Assembly (NCBI RefSeq): GCF_006345805.1
Contig: NW_021832380.1
Coordinates: 1 to 64,000 of the forward strand
Source of the DNA: Octopus sinensis
Taxonomy: Eukaryota
Reading direction: 5' to 3'
Length of the DNA stretch: 64,000 bases
Positions within the stretch are counted from its first letter, which is position 1. Each line of letters starts with the position of its first letter. A model generated the notes under the pieces. It ran no database searches and was not told where the DNA came from. It was given only the letters and a program-made list of their open reading frames with translations. Positions 11,965 through 24,382 of this stretch are shown here, piece after piece. A program made the position numbers and the translations under genes.

Positions 11965-12220
11965 ATGATGGAGGATGTCGATGAATATTTCAATGCTGTT
12001 GGCCTCAAGAGAAACTCAGAAAAGTCTGCAACTAGCTCACACTATGCGAAAAATACAAGATGTATGGGTGGCTGCGTGGGGATTGCTTCCTGGGAGTTTT
12101 GAGGACAAAGATAGCAAAATCAAGTAAATCAGATATTGAGAACAATTTAGTGCAACGTAAAAGTGAGAATCAAAAGTCGTGCAAATACAAAGTTCGAGGA
12201 TATTGATCTGATAATTCTTG
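11965..12220 (+). mobile_element. Degenerate RT fragment of the microsporidian-style RLE family
   Basis: EYFNAVGLKRNSEKSAT resembles the VGL..N.EKSAT post-YxDD motif of that family. Confidence 0.45.
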
Positions 12221-12597
12221 CAGTTCTAACTTTTTAACCAATTCATCTAAACCCCCATAACACTAATATGTTTCATCAAAAAACAAAGAAAAATCCCTAA
12301 TATGTTTTTATGGGGGCTAAATATCCGCCTACCATTACAGATGAGAAGATGAATGCTTTCATGCTTTGTGACGAAAAACGGTTAATTAAATGCTCGTGAC
12401 GAAGGCTATATGAATTTAATAATTTCCGGTGGAAAAATAGCTAATCGAAGTGAATGAAGATACGACAAAAAAGATATTAAAATTGGCAATTGCGTAATAT
12501 TAAGTCACTTTTTAAATTATTTAAACTTTTAGAACGGATAATGATGCCAATCTTCGAAGATATCCACTATATAATAGTCTATACCATTTCCCATACT

Positions 12598-12744
12598 AAA
12601 TGGGATTAACACCAAACTAAGTGGGATTAGCAGAAAACTAAATGGGATTAACGTCAAATTAAGTGGGATTAACATCAAACTAAGTGGAATTAATACCAAA
12701 CAATATGGGATTAATAGCAAACTAAATGGGATTAACACCAAAAA
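12598..12744. repeat. 7 x 21-bp phased repeat (core tgggattaa)
   Basis: Cores at 12602, 12623, 12644, 12665, 12686, 12707 and 12728. Confidence 0.9.
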
Positions 12745-13139
12745 ATTCTCTGTTTAAAATTTTATGTTAACCATATTTAGTGTATCAGCAATATTTCCCT
12801 GTATTTCAAAAATAGAGATGATGGAATACATATTTCCAGACTTAAATTAATTTACCAATAATTTTTTTAAATCAACTTAATTTTTTCAAGAAAAAGTTTT
12901 TTTTCAAAACAAAACAAAATTTTTAAGCAAGACAAATTATAAATTGTTATAGGCTTGATAGGACCCCCAGGCTTGAAGGGACCCACTTTATTATTAAACT
13001 TTGAATTAAAAATGAAAAAATAAATAACAAACATAAATTATATGTAAAAAATAGTATTTTACTTATTTTTATAATAATTTTAATGTTTAATTTATTATTT
13101 TTTAATGGCTTGTCTAAAATTTTATTTTTACATGTAAAA

Positions 13140-14200
13140 TTGCGACTTTGTGACCTTAGTCATGAGTGAGTTCAACAAATTATCGAATATTTAAGGTACG
13201 GAACATACCTCGATTCTTGTTCTCAATCGAAAAGAAATTTTAGGAAGACCGCCAGACGATTTAAATTAAAGGAATTGTCGAAAATTTTATACTTTCGTGC
13301 TGCACCTGAAATGTTATTGCGTTTCCGGGCGTGATAGACTAATGGGTCTATTTAAAGAAATTGTTTATGGCGTGGTACATATGTAGTAGTTGGCGGCCAC
13401 TTTTTAGCGAATTTTAAAAAAACTATATTTTTTTTAGTTAAAAAAAATATATAATTAAAAATAATACAATATAAAAATAATAAAATCCCACGCTACTTAA
13501 TTTAAATGAGAAGTGAGGTCAATCTATTCAATCTACCCACAATATGTCAGAAGCTATCAATTTCATGCAATCCAGAGGAATCATCCCAAAAAAAAAGGCA
13601 CCATTCTCATATCAGACTGCTGGAAGGGTTATTCAACAAAAGATCTTCAGGATGCAGGTATCAGCACCTGCAAGTGAATCACAGATATTGTTTTGTTGAT
13701 CCAACTACGGGTGCACACACCCACATATTGAAAGGTTTCCTAATTATATAATTATTCCTTAGAATGTGGAGTAGCGCCAAATGGCGTAATAGAAAACAAA
13801 GGGGAACAGTCAGACAACACCTTAATAGTTATTTTACGGAGTCATTGGCGACAGACAGCCAAAAAGAAAGAATTTGAAACAATCATGGAGTGCATTGCCT
13901 TACATTGTCCCCAGAATCAAAACTAAAATAAAAAAAATAATAATAATTTTGTATAAAAATAATTAATTTTTTTATAGTAATATTATTTAAAAAAGGTAAT
14001 TATTCACCAAAAAAAATATAGTTTTTTTAAAATTCGCTAAAAAGTGGCCGCCAACTACTACATATGTACCATGGCGTAACAGATTTGATGTTATGAGTGT
14101 TTTGGACTTTTGCCCGGTATGCAAGGCAAAATTTTAATGAATATAAGACCCGTGATACAGCCAATCAGGGCATTTTCAGTAAGAAAGAGACGTAAACATC
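13140..14200 (+). mobile_element. Ginger/GIN-like integrase N-terminal (H2C2) fragment interrupted by Merlin
   Basis: IIEYLRYGTY...KRNFRKTARRFKL, then GRDRLMGLFKEIVYGV|TD...CPVCKAK..RPVIQPI across the insertion. Confidence 0.5.
13374..14070 (+). mobile_element. Merlin (IS1016/ISXO2-like) DNA transposon, internally deleted
   Basis: ~60-bp TIR GGTACATATGTAGTAGTTGGCGGCC; VNH..FVDPTTGAHT and WSSAKWRN motifs; flanking ATGGCGT at 13367-13373 and 14071-14077. Confidence 0.9.
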
Positions 14201-14829
14201 TAAGAAGTGGTGGAAATTATACCATCAGGACAGATCATAATAAAATCTGAAACAATTGGAGATATCTTCGAAGAAAATCATAGAAATATCTTCATAATTT
14301 GTATATTATGAATTGACAGTTTTATTTTTATATTGGTTACATTAAAAATAAAAATGAAAAGAGGTTTCTGCAGGATTTTTATGATAATTTTAATTTTGTA
14401 AAACTGTGACATCATATTTTAAGTGTCTTCAATATTTTAATTATGAACTTATTTTAATTATTTTTAAAATTTTTCAAGTAGTTCAAATTGATGGCATTTT
14501 TCACTTAAGCGTTGATCTGTTAAGGCTTTTGAATTGCTCTTGAGGAACTTCTGAATAGCACAAATTACGTCTTTTTAAAGACTTATGTATCTCGTCGGGT
14601 ACCGTGTTTGGTTTGTTATTTTCTACAAGTAGTTTTTTAAACTTGTAAAAGGTTTATATAAATTAATGGATCTACTTTTTATTTTAAAAAGCATTTTGAT
14701 TAATTTTGAACATCTATTTAAAAATCTGAAAATAATTATGTTCTCATTTTCATGTTAATCTTATTTTGGTTAGATAATTTTTATATTCTGATAAACGTTT
14801 ATAACAGCAAAACGTTTATTTATTTGTTC

Positions 14830-15203
14830 AAACTTATTATTTATTTATTTATAACCCCCAAGCTTGCACAACATGGCAAGCCCAGCACAAACAGTCACAA
14901 CTAACTAATCAAATGAAGGAGCAAGGAACGAAGGGATTGCTTGTGCCGATCAACATTAGCCTCCAAATCTTCATTACAGCCATCCGTCTCCAAAGAGAGG
15001 TGGGGAATTCTGATATGTCCAGTTCCCATTTGTCAGCCTCCTACCGTAGCTCACCGCACTTCATTTGGATCCGGACGGGTTTTGCATAATGGAGATTCTT
15101 CATCGGTAATGTGATCAGGGGAAGGTAGGAGGTCCCCCTTTCGACATCTGTGTCGTGCCAGATGGACTCGTCGCCTCACGGGTGGGGAACGTTGACAAGA
15201 TTT
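14830..15203 (-). mobile_element. SINE-like element B (shared core, different tail, (TAAA)n end)
   Basis: 15121-15203 aligns to 46092-46174; the rest is unrelated; ends ataaataaataaataa. Confidence 0.7.
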
Positions 15204-15339
15204 ATTATAAATCAACTTACTCAACATATTTGGAAATAAGATGCTTTCACGTTATTCAAAATCACCAGATTTGGCTTATCAGAATGTGATAATGTAAAAT
15301 ATTGATCTTGACAATACCTTATAGGAACAGACAACGAAA

Positions 15340-15640
15340 ATCGTTAAGTCCCAGCGGCAAGGACGCAGTGTGCGTTGCCCCGAACAATGGACTGCCCGAC
15401 CTCGTTAAAGAACGAGTCAGTCTCCTTTCTCGCAGCTCCAGCGGTCTCCAGGGCGATTGCCGTAACGCGGTAGCGGTCCGCGAGCGAAGAATATTTTTGT
15501 ATTTTGATCTTTTCGGCGTGGTTTGCAGCCGAACAAGGGTTTGCGGCGGAAAAATGGATCCTCGATTTTGAAAAGGTAACATCCCATACGAGGGCCTTCC
15601 CCGACGAGTATGGGAATATCTGATCTTGACTAAACTTTGT
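15340..15640 (-). mobile_element. CRE-like RLE fragment
   Basis: GKALVWDVT, IALET, IVRGNA motifs. Confidence 0.8.
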
Positions 15641-15719
15641 TTTTAGCATCAAATATCTGAAAAATATTTCCGCAAATATTTAATATAAAAAAGCCGATAA
15701 TAAGTTCAAAAGCTGCTTT

Positions 15720-18390
15720 ATCTGTTCCCATTTTTTACTCTAGAAACAAATGTCTGCCTTCCTCCATCTATGAACGCATCTGACGTCACAATTGTCCTCA
15801 ATGACACGCATTATGTCATAGAATGTCCCATAAAAACATTTCCAGAAGAAAACTACACGTTTGATATTACTGTTTATAGTGAGATGGTCAAAAGACGGGA
15901 TCTTCATTGGTTTTTACGAAAATGTCCCTTTTCATATGGACGGCAGAAACCTCATATTCAGCCAGCACTACATTCAGACAGGGGTCTTTACTTGTTCTGT
16001 CAAAAACGAATGTGGTCGGGAAACATCTCTTGAAATGAATGTAACGTCGCACCAAAATATGAATATTGGTATACGTAAGAAATTTATTATAGTTATAAAA
16101 CAAAATTTTCCTTATGCGGTCCTTAGAGGCAATGACTGTAAGTGGATCAAAAGTCTGACTTTTGAGTTTAAGGTCGGCAATGACATAACAAGAGGCGATC
16201 TAGAAGATATTGTTTCATCGTCAACGAGTCACAGACTTATGCTTGTAGATAACGATTTGTACATTAAATATTTGATCAAAAAAGACTCAATATATACACC
16301 CCATGTAATAAAAAACCGGATTTTCGAATGCTTAATTTTTTTGATATTCTGTTTTTAATTTTAGACTTTTATTTAATTTACAATGATAATCTTCGTAACT
16401 TTTCTTTTTATAATTTTTCAATAATCTTTTTGTACAGCTAAACTGACTATATTAAATTTTTTCTGTGTAAAAAAAAACCGGATTAGACAAAAAGTCAAAT
16501 GATTAATTATTAATGTGTCCTCCATGTGCCTTATAAAGCTCAATGCTTCTTCTTGCCATGTTTTCAGTTAATTTTCTCACAAATTCCATAGGTATTTCGT
16601 CCCAAATTTTTATAATATTTTTGCATAAATCCTTTTTACTATGCAGCATTTTTTTACTCAATTCTTCCTTTATGTAGCTTCACACATGTTCAATTGGGTT
16701 CAAATCTGGTGATTGTGGTGCCCAATTTAATAATTCAATTTTTTTCTCATCCAAAAATTGTTTTGTTCTCCGTGAATTATGACAGGGGGCGAAATCTTGT
16801 TGGAAAATAAAACGATTTAGCCCATTTTATCTGCCGATTTCCACAAATTATTTATTAAAATGTTGATATATACAGCAGAATTTATTTTTTCATTTACTAT
16901 AACCAAATTCCCCTTTCCTTGATAGGAGATACAACCCCATACCATAATTCTTCCACCACCAAACTTCAAAGTTGGCGTTAAATGGGCATAATTTAAGGCT
17001 TTATTTTTTTTCTAAAGCAAAATGTTCTTTTTTTAGATGAAAAAATTTCAAAGGAAGCCTCGTCACTCTATATAACAGTTCTCCACGTTTCATTGCTTAT
17101 TGCAGAAAAGATTATTGAAAGCTCGTATTGTTTTTCACTATTTTTTTTGATAAAAAAGGTTTTTTTTTACACACACATTTTTTGATAAAAAAGGTTTTCC
17201 GGTTTTTTATTACATGGAGTGTACGTACACGTGCATTAATAAGGCTGATCAAAATTACTACTTATCTTACGTTTTGAAAATTTAATTGATGGTATTATTT
17301 TTTTATTAAAAAGAAATTTTTTTGACTTAGTCCATGTTTTCCCGAAAGGACAGGAGATCGGAATTGAGTTTGGAAAGGTTGAAATAATTTACCCTTGTTT
17401 GTTTTTTGGAAGGTTTACTTAGAGATAAGGATTTTAGGAATTATGATGCTATTGGAATTTTCTCAAGGAGACACGCTTATCGGATATGACTTTATGTTGA
17501 TTACTGCGACTGCAAAAAAACTCAAAAAGTCATATTTATATGCTCCTCTATTAAAAAGTAATCTTTTCAACCACAAATATAAGTTCACTATTTCTATCTA
17601 TGGTTATATTTGGTTAAATATTTCTAGAATTACCAATCATTTCCGATTTCTTGATTTCAATGAATGTCACGAAAGGGGATAAAGTGATATTTAAATGTGT
17701 TCCAAAATCAGGCTACCCAATTCCTACCTTAACTTGGTATGTCGATTCGATGGAATACGGTAGTTGGAGTAATTAATTATTTTAGACTCAAATAAACATG
17801 CTGATATGTACATTGTAAATAGAACAACTTTTGAAATTTCCAAGGCCTCTCGATCGCTAAGTGTTAAGTGTCTTGCTCAAAATTAATTTGGACAAACTGC
17901 AAAAACAGTTTATCTTAAAATAATAAAAAAACCCAACAATTTCCGTGCCCAGCAATAGAGAAATATCTTTGTTTAACCGACCAATAATTACTTGCCAAAG
18001 AACTGTCGACCCAATCAGAGAAATAAAAATACGCTGGTTATACGAAGGCAGACCTACGGAACCAAACAATTCTATTTATGTTATATTAAACGACGGAAAC
18101 AAGACCAGTTTCATAATAACATTGCCGTCCTACAAACTGAAAGAAATGGAGAATACGAAGAAATCTCTCACGTGCATCGTATCAGATGGATTCATCGAAT
18201 TAAAACGCAGTCATAATTTCTTTAGTAAATAGTGAGTCTTTGGTGTCTATATGCGCAGTAAGAAATGACCAGGAGACGGGAATTTTCATGTTTAACGTTG
18301 TGTGGATTCTTTTAGCAATGGTTCTTTTGATCGGGCTTATTTTGTTGGGGAATTTCATTTGGCGTCGAAAGACTCGTTACAATTACATGG
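15720..18390 (+). pseudogene. Multi-Ig-domain single-pass membrane protein, disrupted
   Basis: Ig motifs IECP, RWSKDG, GVFTCSVKN, FKCVPKSGYPIPTLTW, VKCLAQN*FG, LTCIVSDG; TM segment VVWILLAMVLLIGLILLGNFIWRRK. Tc1 inserted in an exon, an in-frame stop, and a CRE fused at the 3' end. Confidence 0.75.
16297..17221 (-). mobile_element. Tc1-like transposon, deleted/degenerate
   Basis: TIR CAC(T/C)CCATGTAATAAAAAACCGG, TA at both ends, GGGRIMVWGC and WAPQSPDLNPIEHV motifs. Confidence 0.9.
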
Positions 18391-19740
18391 GTGAAATTAC
18401 ACACAATTGGCCTCGAAATCAATCCCCAAAAATCTAAAATCTTTAACATCAGTTATGATGTTTACCGTTTCTCTCTTGCCCATGGTTCTATCGAGTCATT
18501 ACTTCTCAACATCCATGTCACCTCGCCCAGTAATCTCAAGATTCTGGGTTCCCCGATTGTTATCACCGGTGTCGTTTCGACCTTATCAGAAAAAACATCA
18601 AACCTTGTATCAATGTCCCGTAATCTTACTATCATCGACACTCATTCGGCCCTGTTTTTATTGAGGAACTGTTTCGCCATTCCCAAACTATTGTTTACAC
18701 TTGGAAGCGCCCCATGATTTGCCAATCCCGAGAGCCTCTCCAGATTTGACCATGCTCTCAGGACTTGCATCGAATCAATATGTAGTGCCCCCTTTGACGA
18801 TCTTGGCTGGGAACAGGCAAAACTCTCCATCAGTCGTGGCGGCATCGGTGTGCGCTCAGCCATTGACCTTTCTTTACCAGCATTCCTTTCTTCTACACAT
18901 GCCACGAGCATTCTTGTCCAAAAGATTCTCCAACCCGTTACCGAATCTCGTATGGACTCAGAGTCACTCGCCGCAGAAAGTCGCTGGCTTGCTCAAGCCT
19001 AAGCTTAACCAACATCGCTCGGCTTGTTTATTGGCTGCCTCGCAACCATATTCGGGGACTTGGTTGACCGCCATCCCTATGGGATCGATTGGAACCTTAT
19101 TGGACGATGATTGCCTGAGGATCGGCGTCTCATTGGGCCTGGGACTAAACGTATGCCGAGAACACCGGTGCCGCTGTGGATCTACCGTTGACCTCTTTGG
19201 ATTGCACTCATTATCGTGTCAGTGAAGCTTCGGACGCTTTCCACGACACGCTTTCCTGAACGACATAGTCAAGCGGACTCTTGAAACTGCCGGATTCCTA
19301 TCACCGGTTGGCCTGATTTGGGAGGATGGCAAACGTCCTGACGGCCTAACGACTTTCCCCTTCAAAAATGGCAAGTCGCTCATCTGGGACGCAACTTGCA
19401 CGGACACCTTCTCCGCCGGAAACATCTTTACGTCAGCCGCAGAGCCGGGCTCCGCATCCAACCTTGAGGAAACATTAAAAGTCAAGAAATACAGTGCTTT
19501 ATCGCACCGTCATATCTTTGCCCCGATCGCAGTGGAGACGTCGGGAGTCCTCGGTCCCAGAACTAAAAAATTCCTTATTAAACTGGGGGATTTGGCAAGC
19601 AGAAGGAGAAATGATCATCGGGAACGGACATGGCTTTTCCAACGCATATCAATAGCCATCTTGCGTGGGAATTGCCATTCCATCTTATCCTCTGCTGCTA
19701 ATTACATACTAAATAAATTTGTTATAAATAAAAAAAATTT
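18390..19740 (+). mobile_element. CRE-like retrotransposon, 5'-truncated
   Basis: IGLEINPQKSKI, LLRNCFAIPKL, CRCG, WDATC, FQRISIAILRGNC; short A tail. Confidence 0.9.
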
Positions 19741-19867
19741 TCCAAGTACTGTATTTTCATTGAAAGATTAGTTTCATAATCTTTTAAGATTCGAACCTAA
19801 ACTTTATTCTTTGCTCCCTTTGTCACGGAATACTATCTTCTTATTTGTTAACTCTTTAATATAATAT

Positions 19868-20010
19868 ACGTCTGTCGATTGCTGTGATCCGAGGGAACGG
19901 CTTCGCTATTCGCGAGGCTGGTCGGGTGTCTCGTGAGGCCTTTAATTAACTTAGCTATCTTTAATTTCTTTCTTGCTTTCATAACAAAGCTACATTGATA
20001 AAAAAAAAAG
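19868..20010 (+). mobile_element. ~140-bp CRE-like 3' end with poly(A)
   Basis: Near identical to 35094-35232; candidate TSD TATAATAT at 19860-19867 and 20011-20018. Confidence 0.8.
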
Positions 20011-20187
20011 TATAATATTATGTCGCGAACTACGCTGGCGACCTAGGTAACAGGTAGCTTACATAGTTTGACACTAATTACTGGCTAAACATAATTGCTA
20101 AAAATTCAAAAAACTTAACTCCATTCATAGTAACTATCTTGTTTCATTTCGCAATTAATCTAAGACAACTAATCATTAATTTGTTAA

Positions 20188-21350
20188 TCTTAATAATAAA
20201 ATGGTATGGTGTGTGTCTGTCTGTCTGTCTGTCTGTGTGTCTGTCTGTGTGTCTGTCTGTCTGTCTGTCTGTGTGTGCACACCAACTTCAAATTGGCAAT
20301 ACGATGTCCTCGACTTACATGATGAGGTCCTTAAAACCTTCCCCCAAAAAAAAAAAAAAAAAAAAATTTTCTGCATTTTGGTTAAAATGAACAACTACAA
20401 TGTCCTCGATTACATGATGAAGTCCTTAAAACCTTCCCCCCAAAAAAAATTAAAAAAAAATTTTCTGCATTTTGGTTAAAATGAACAACTACAATGTCCT
20501 CGACTTACATGATGAAGTCCTTAAAACCTTCCCCCCCAAAAAAATTAAAAAAAAATTTTCTGCATTTTGGTTAAAATGAACAACTACAATGTCCTCGACC
20601 TACATGATGAAGTCCTTAAAACCTCCCTCCAAAAAAAATTAAAAAAAAATTTTCTGCATTTTGGTTAAAATGAACAACTACAATGTCCTCGACTTACATG
20701 ATGAAGTCCTTAAAACCTTCCCCCCAAAAAAAATTAAAAAAAAATTTTCTGCATTTTGGTTAAAATGAACAACTACAATGTCCTCGACTTACATGATGAA
20801 GTCCTTAAAACCTTCCCCCCAAAAAAAATTAAAAAAAAATTTTCTGCATTTTGGTTAAAATGAACAACTACAATGTCCTCGACTTACATGATGAAGTCTT
20901 AAAACCTTCCCCCCAAAAAAATTAAAAAAAAATTTTCTGCATTTTGGTTAAAATGAACAACTACAATGTCCTCGACTTACATGATGAAGTCCTAAAACCT
21001 TCCCCCCAAAAAAAATTAAAAAAATTTTCTGCATTTTGGTTAAAATGAACAACTACAATGTCCTCGACTTACATGATGAAGTCCTTAAAACCTTCCCTCC
21101 AAAAAAAATTAAAAAAAAATTTTCTGCATTTTGGTTAAAATGAACAACTACAATGTCCTCGACTTACATGATGAAGTCCTTAAAACCTTCCCTCCAAAAA
21201 AAATTAAAAAAAATTTTCTGCATTTTGGTTAAAATGAACAACTACAATGTCCTCGACTTACATGATGAAGTCCTTAAAACCTTCCCCCCAAAAATCAAAA
21301 AATTATTTTCTGCATTTTGATTAAAATGAACAACGCGAATGTCCTCGACA
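20188..21350 (+). mobile_element. Helitron 5' end with (TGTC)n and about 11 copies of a ~94-bp minisatellite
   Basis: A^TC start, taataataaaatggtatgg header and microsatellite nearly identical to the 5' end of the Helitron at 32774; same terminal variant unit aacaacgcgaatgtcc. Confidence 0.8.
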
Positions 21351-21564
21351 CTTGGAAATAAACGGATTTAGTCCAGTCCTCCCGGTCGTGCGCCTCAAGA
21401 ACGAAGAAAAACTTAAATAAATAGTTAATATTTCTACGTAAATTCTTCTAAGCGCGCTGTCAATTGGTGGTCAATTGTGTTAATAATTGTTCGGTCTTTT
21501 ATAACTGTTTAAGTGTTTTTCAAAATCTGTTAATTGCACACTCTATTGAAAGTCGTTTTTTATT

Positions 21565-21975
21565 TAATTATTATTATTAAAAGCACTCCCGAGAAGTCAT
21601 AAAACTAATTAAGCTTCCCTTGTGCCGCGTGAACAACAATACTGTCCCATAACCTTCTCCAGGTGCCTCTCCTCTTTGCCAATTCTTTTAGGTTGTCGAG
21701 ATCATCAGCAGTTTCGAGTTTCCTCCCAATAATTTTGAGATCCTGATTGTGATCCTGATTGGCCAGTGTGATGTTTTCCTCAGTCGTCTTCGTCTCTTGG
21801 AGACAGCAGACACTGAAATGGTGATTCCAGAGATCCCGTGCAAGTTGGTGCTGCTTGTAAATGAATTTCAGTCCTCTTGTATTAAAGCTCCCAAGTGAAA
21901 ACGTGGGGGATGTCGCGAAAGTTGTAAACGTCTGTTACGGATATGTCTTTTTCACGTTTTACAACTTTCGCGTTT
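21565..21975 (-). mobile_element. Bipartite internally deleted RTE-like LINE derivative
   Basis: APE N-terminus (GSFNTRGL, CCLQETK) joined directly to the ORF C-terminus (LKELAKRRGTWRRL) and an (AAT)n tail. Confidence 0.7.
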
Positions 21976-22339
21976 TTTATTAACTGAAAATCACAAATAG
22001 TTAATTAAATAATTTAATTAGATAATCTATACAAGGAAGGTTCTCAGCTTTTCTATGTGATATTTAACTATTTTTTTATGTAGATCATTTAAATAATAGG
22101 TCTCACATCTCAAGTATACGTTACAAGGTTCCTTAGTTTGAGATGGAAACAGGGTGTAGAGGAGGTCGAAAAAATTAATATAGTAGACCATCATGGGGAG
22201 CAATATTCCTGGAAAAATCAGATCGATTGGTTGCAAATACGTCGGGATTTCGCGTTTTTGGTGAAATACAGACGCAGATTCAAATATGAATGCTATTATT
22301 TTAGAAGTGATTAATTATGTTTACTGGCACTAAAAAAAT

Positions 22340-23880
22340 TTGCTATTGTGTTCGATAATCAAAATAATTAAGCCTTCGTTGAAGGACGCTTCTAAACGTT
22401 TACGGTCTCGGATTAATTCCTGTTTAATGTCGCACGATGTCTACGCGGCTGTTCTTTGTCGTCTTCGGGTTCTGTCCGTACAATCACTTCTGATGTTGCT
22501 CGCATTCTCAGGGAAAAGCACCCCATTGGATAACCAATAACCTTTGATATTGCGCATTCGTTTTGTTTGTCCTTTTCTGTTTCTTTCAAACAACTTCTGG
22601 ATGTCCTAAACTCTTTTAGGGGTAACAGTATTGGGAGTATTGACGGTCTCCGCCCTATCATTATAGACTTAATTTCCTCCATTGGTAATACCAGGAATCG
22701 ACTTCTGAATGCTTGCACTAACATGTGCAATTTATTTCTAAGTGGCAAAATTTCTGATTATGCTAGAATTCTGTTCTTTCCCCGAATCTTACAGCCCTGG
22801 GCAAGAAAGATAGTGGCATCAGGCTGTTGGAAATGTCTTTATTCGCAAAAGTCTGTTGTAAGTCCGTTATTCCTTATATTGGTGTGCAACTGCAGCTTAT
22901 TCAGTTGGGTGTGGGCGTTCCTGGCGGCTGCGAGTCTTCTATCCATCTCTGTCGTTGTTTTATTGACGCCTCCACTTGATCCAATATTCTCCTTACTTTA
23001 TTAAAACTGGATGTAACTAATCCATTTAATTCCCCAGACCAGGAGGTCTGTCAAGCCCGTGTTCCACATTCCCTTTATCTCGTTTTCATACTCGCTTCCA
23101 TCCCTTTTAATCGCCGGCGGTTCTTTCATTTCTTCTTTTCGTGGAGTCCAACAGGGTGATCCTTAGGGCCTTTTATTGTTTTCCTTTGCCGTGGATTCTA
23201 TTGACCGGATAAATGAATCGTCTATAAATCTCTGGTATCTTGACGATTGTATCCTGGCCGGTCCGCCTGATATTTTTTGAGGGACATAGCCCTCTAATTC
23301 CGGCGTTATCCATCATTGGTCTGGTTATTAATTCCAGCAAGTCTAAGATTGTCAATCTCTCTGTTGAGCCATCTCTGTTTAAGAACTCCTTCTCTCTTTT
23401 CTGCGGACTCCTTCATCGGTAGAGACAGACATCCCTTTCTGATCTGGAAATTCTGGGGTCACCAATTCTTGCCGACTCAAACACACGAATCCTGGTTTCC
23501 ATTCAGTTCTGAAACCGACGGGTCTTGACCTTAAAGATGCAAAACATCCCGACGGCTGTACGTTTTTCGCTTTTGAATCCGGGAGGCAGCTTGTTTGGGA
23601 CGTCACCTGTGCCGACTCTTTCGCCAAGGGAGCCTTAAATTCCACGCCTTGTCGACCCGGTTCGTTGGCCGAGAAGGTCGAATCCATGAAACTGACGAAA
23701 TAAGAGGATGTGCGCGATCGATTTTGCTTTTGGGCAATTGCCGTCGAGACTTCCTGTGTTTTTGGGGCCAAGACGCTTGCTCATCCAAAGAAACTTGGGC
23801 GTCTGTGCAACCATCGCTCCAGAGATCTCAGGGAATCTATATTCCTTATTCAGAGGATCTTGCTGGCTGTTCTCTCGTGT
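22340..23880 (+). mobile_element. CRE-like retrotransposon, degenerate
   Basis: REKHP, GVQQGDPLGPLLF, WYLDD, WDVTC, IAVETS, RILLAV motifs with many stops. Confidence 0.85.
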
Positions 23881-24382
23881 CTTTTTTTCCAAAGCCGACT
23901 ATGTTACTCTATATGACCTATAGTTTATCTGTGGAAAGTTTCAACGTGTGTAAGTTACGGTTAGCTAATAAAATAAATCTGAACCTGTATACGAGATGGA
24001 CAGCTTTTTCTTACAGTCAGAGTTGGCACTGATTGTTCTTAATGGACCTATTACAAGATCCGATTTATTTTGTCCCAAGCAGTATTGCGCTTTATGGGTT
24101 ATGTTGGTAAGTTTGTGTTGCAGATCTCTTATAGAATAACCCTAAACGACTATACCGGATGGTCAGTTTTTTCTTACGGTGAAAATTGTCACTGGTATTT
24201 CTTATTGTGCTTATTGCTGATGGCGATTTATTTTGTGTAGCAGTATTGCGCTTTATGGGTTGTTACTATGCAACTGCTGGACTGAGTGGCTATGTTCTGC
24301 ATGTGGACTTGAGCAGCTATAGGCTGGTATTTGCTGAATTGCACTTTAACGTCTTTTTTGGCATTCTAGTCGAAGTAATAGA

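Noticed and set aside
20300-21350. CRISPR array or hammerhead-ribozyme satellite
   Set aside because: The units are near identical with no unique spacers and the context is eukaryotic. ATGATGAAGTCC lacks the CUGA start and the GGAC-GAAA partner.
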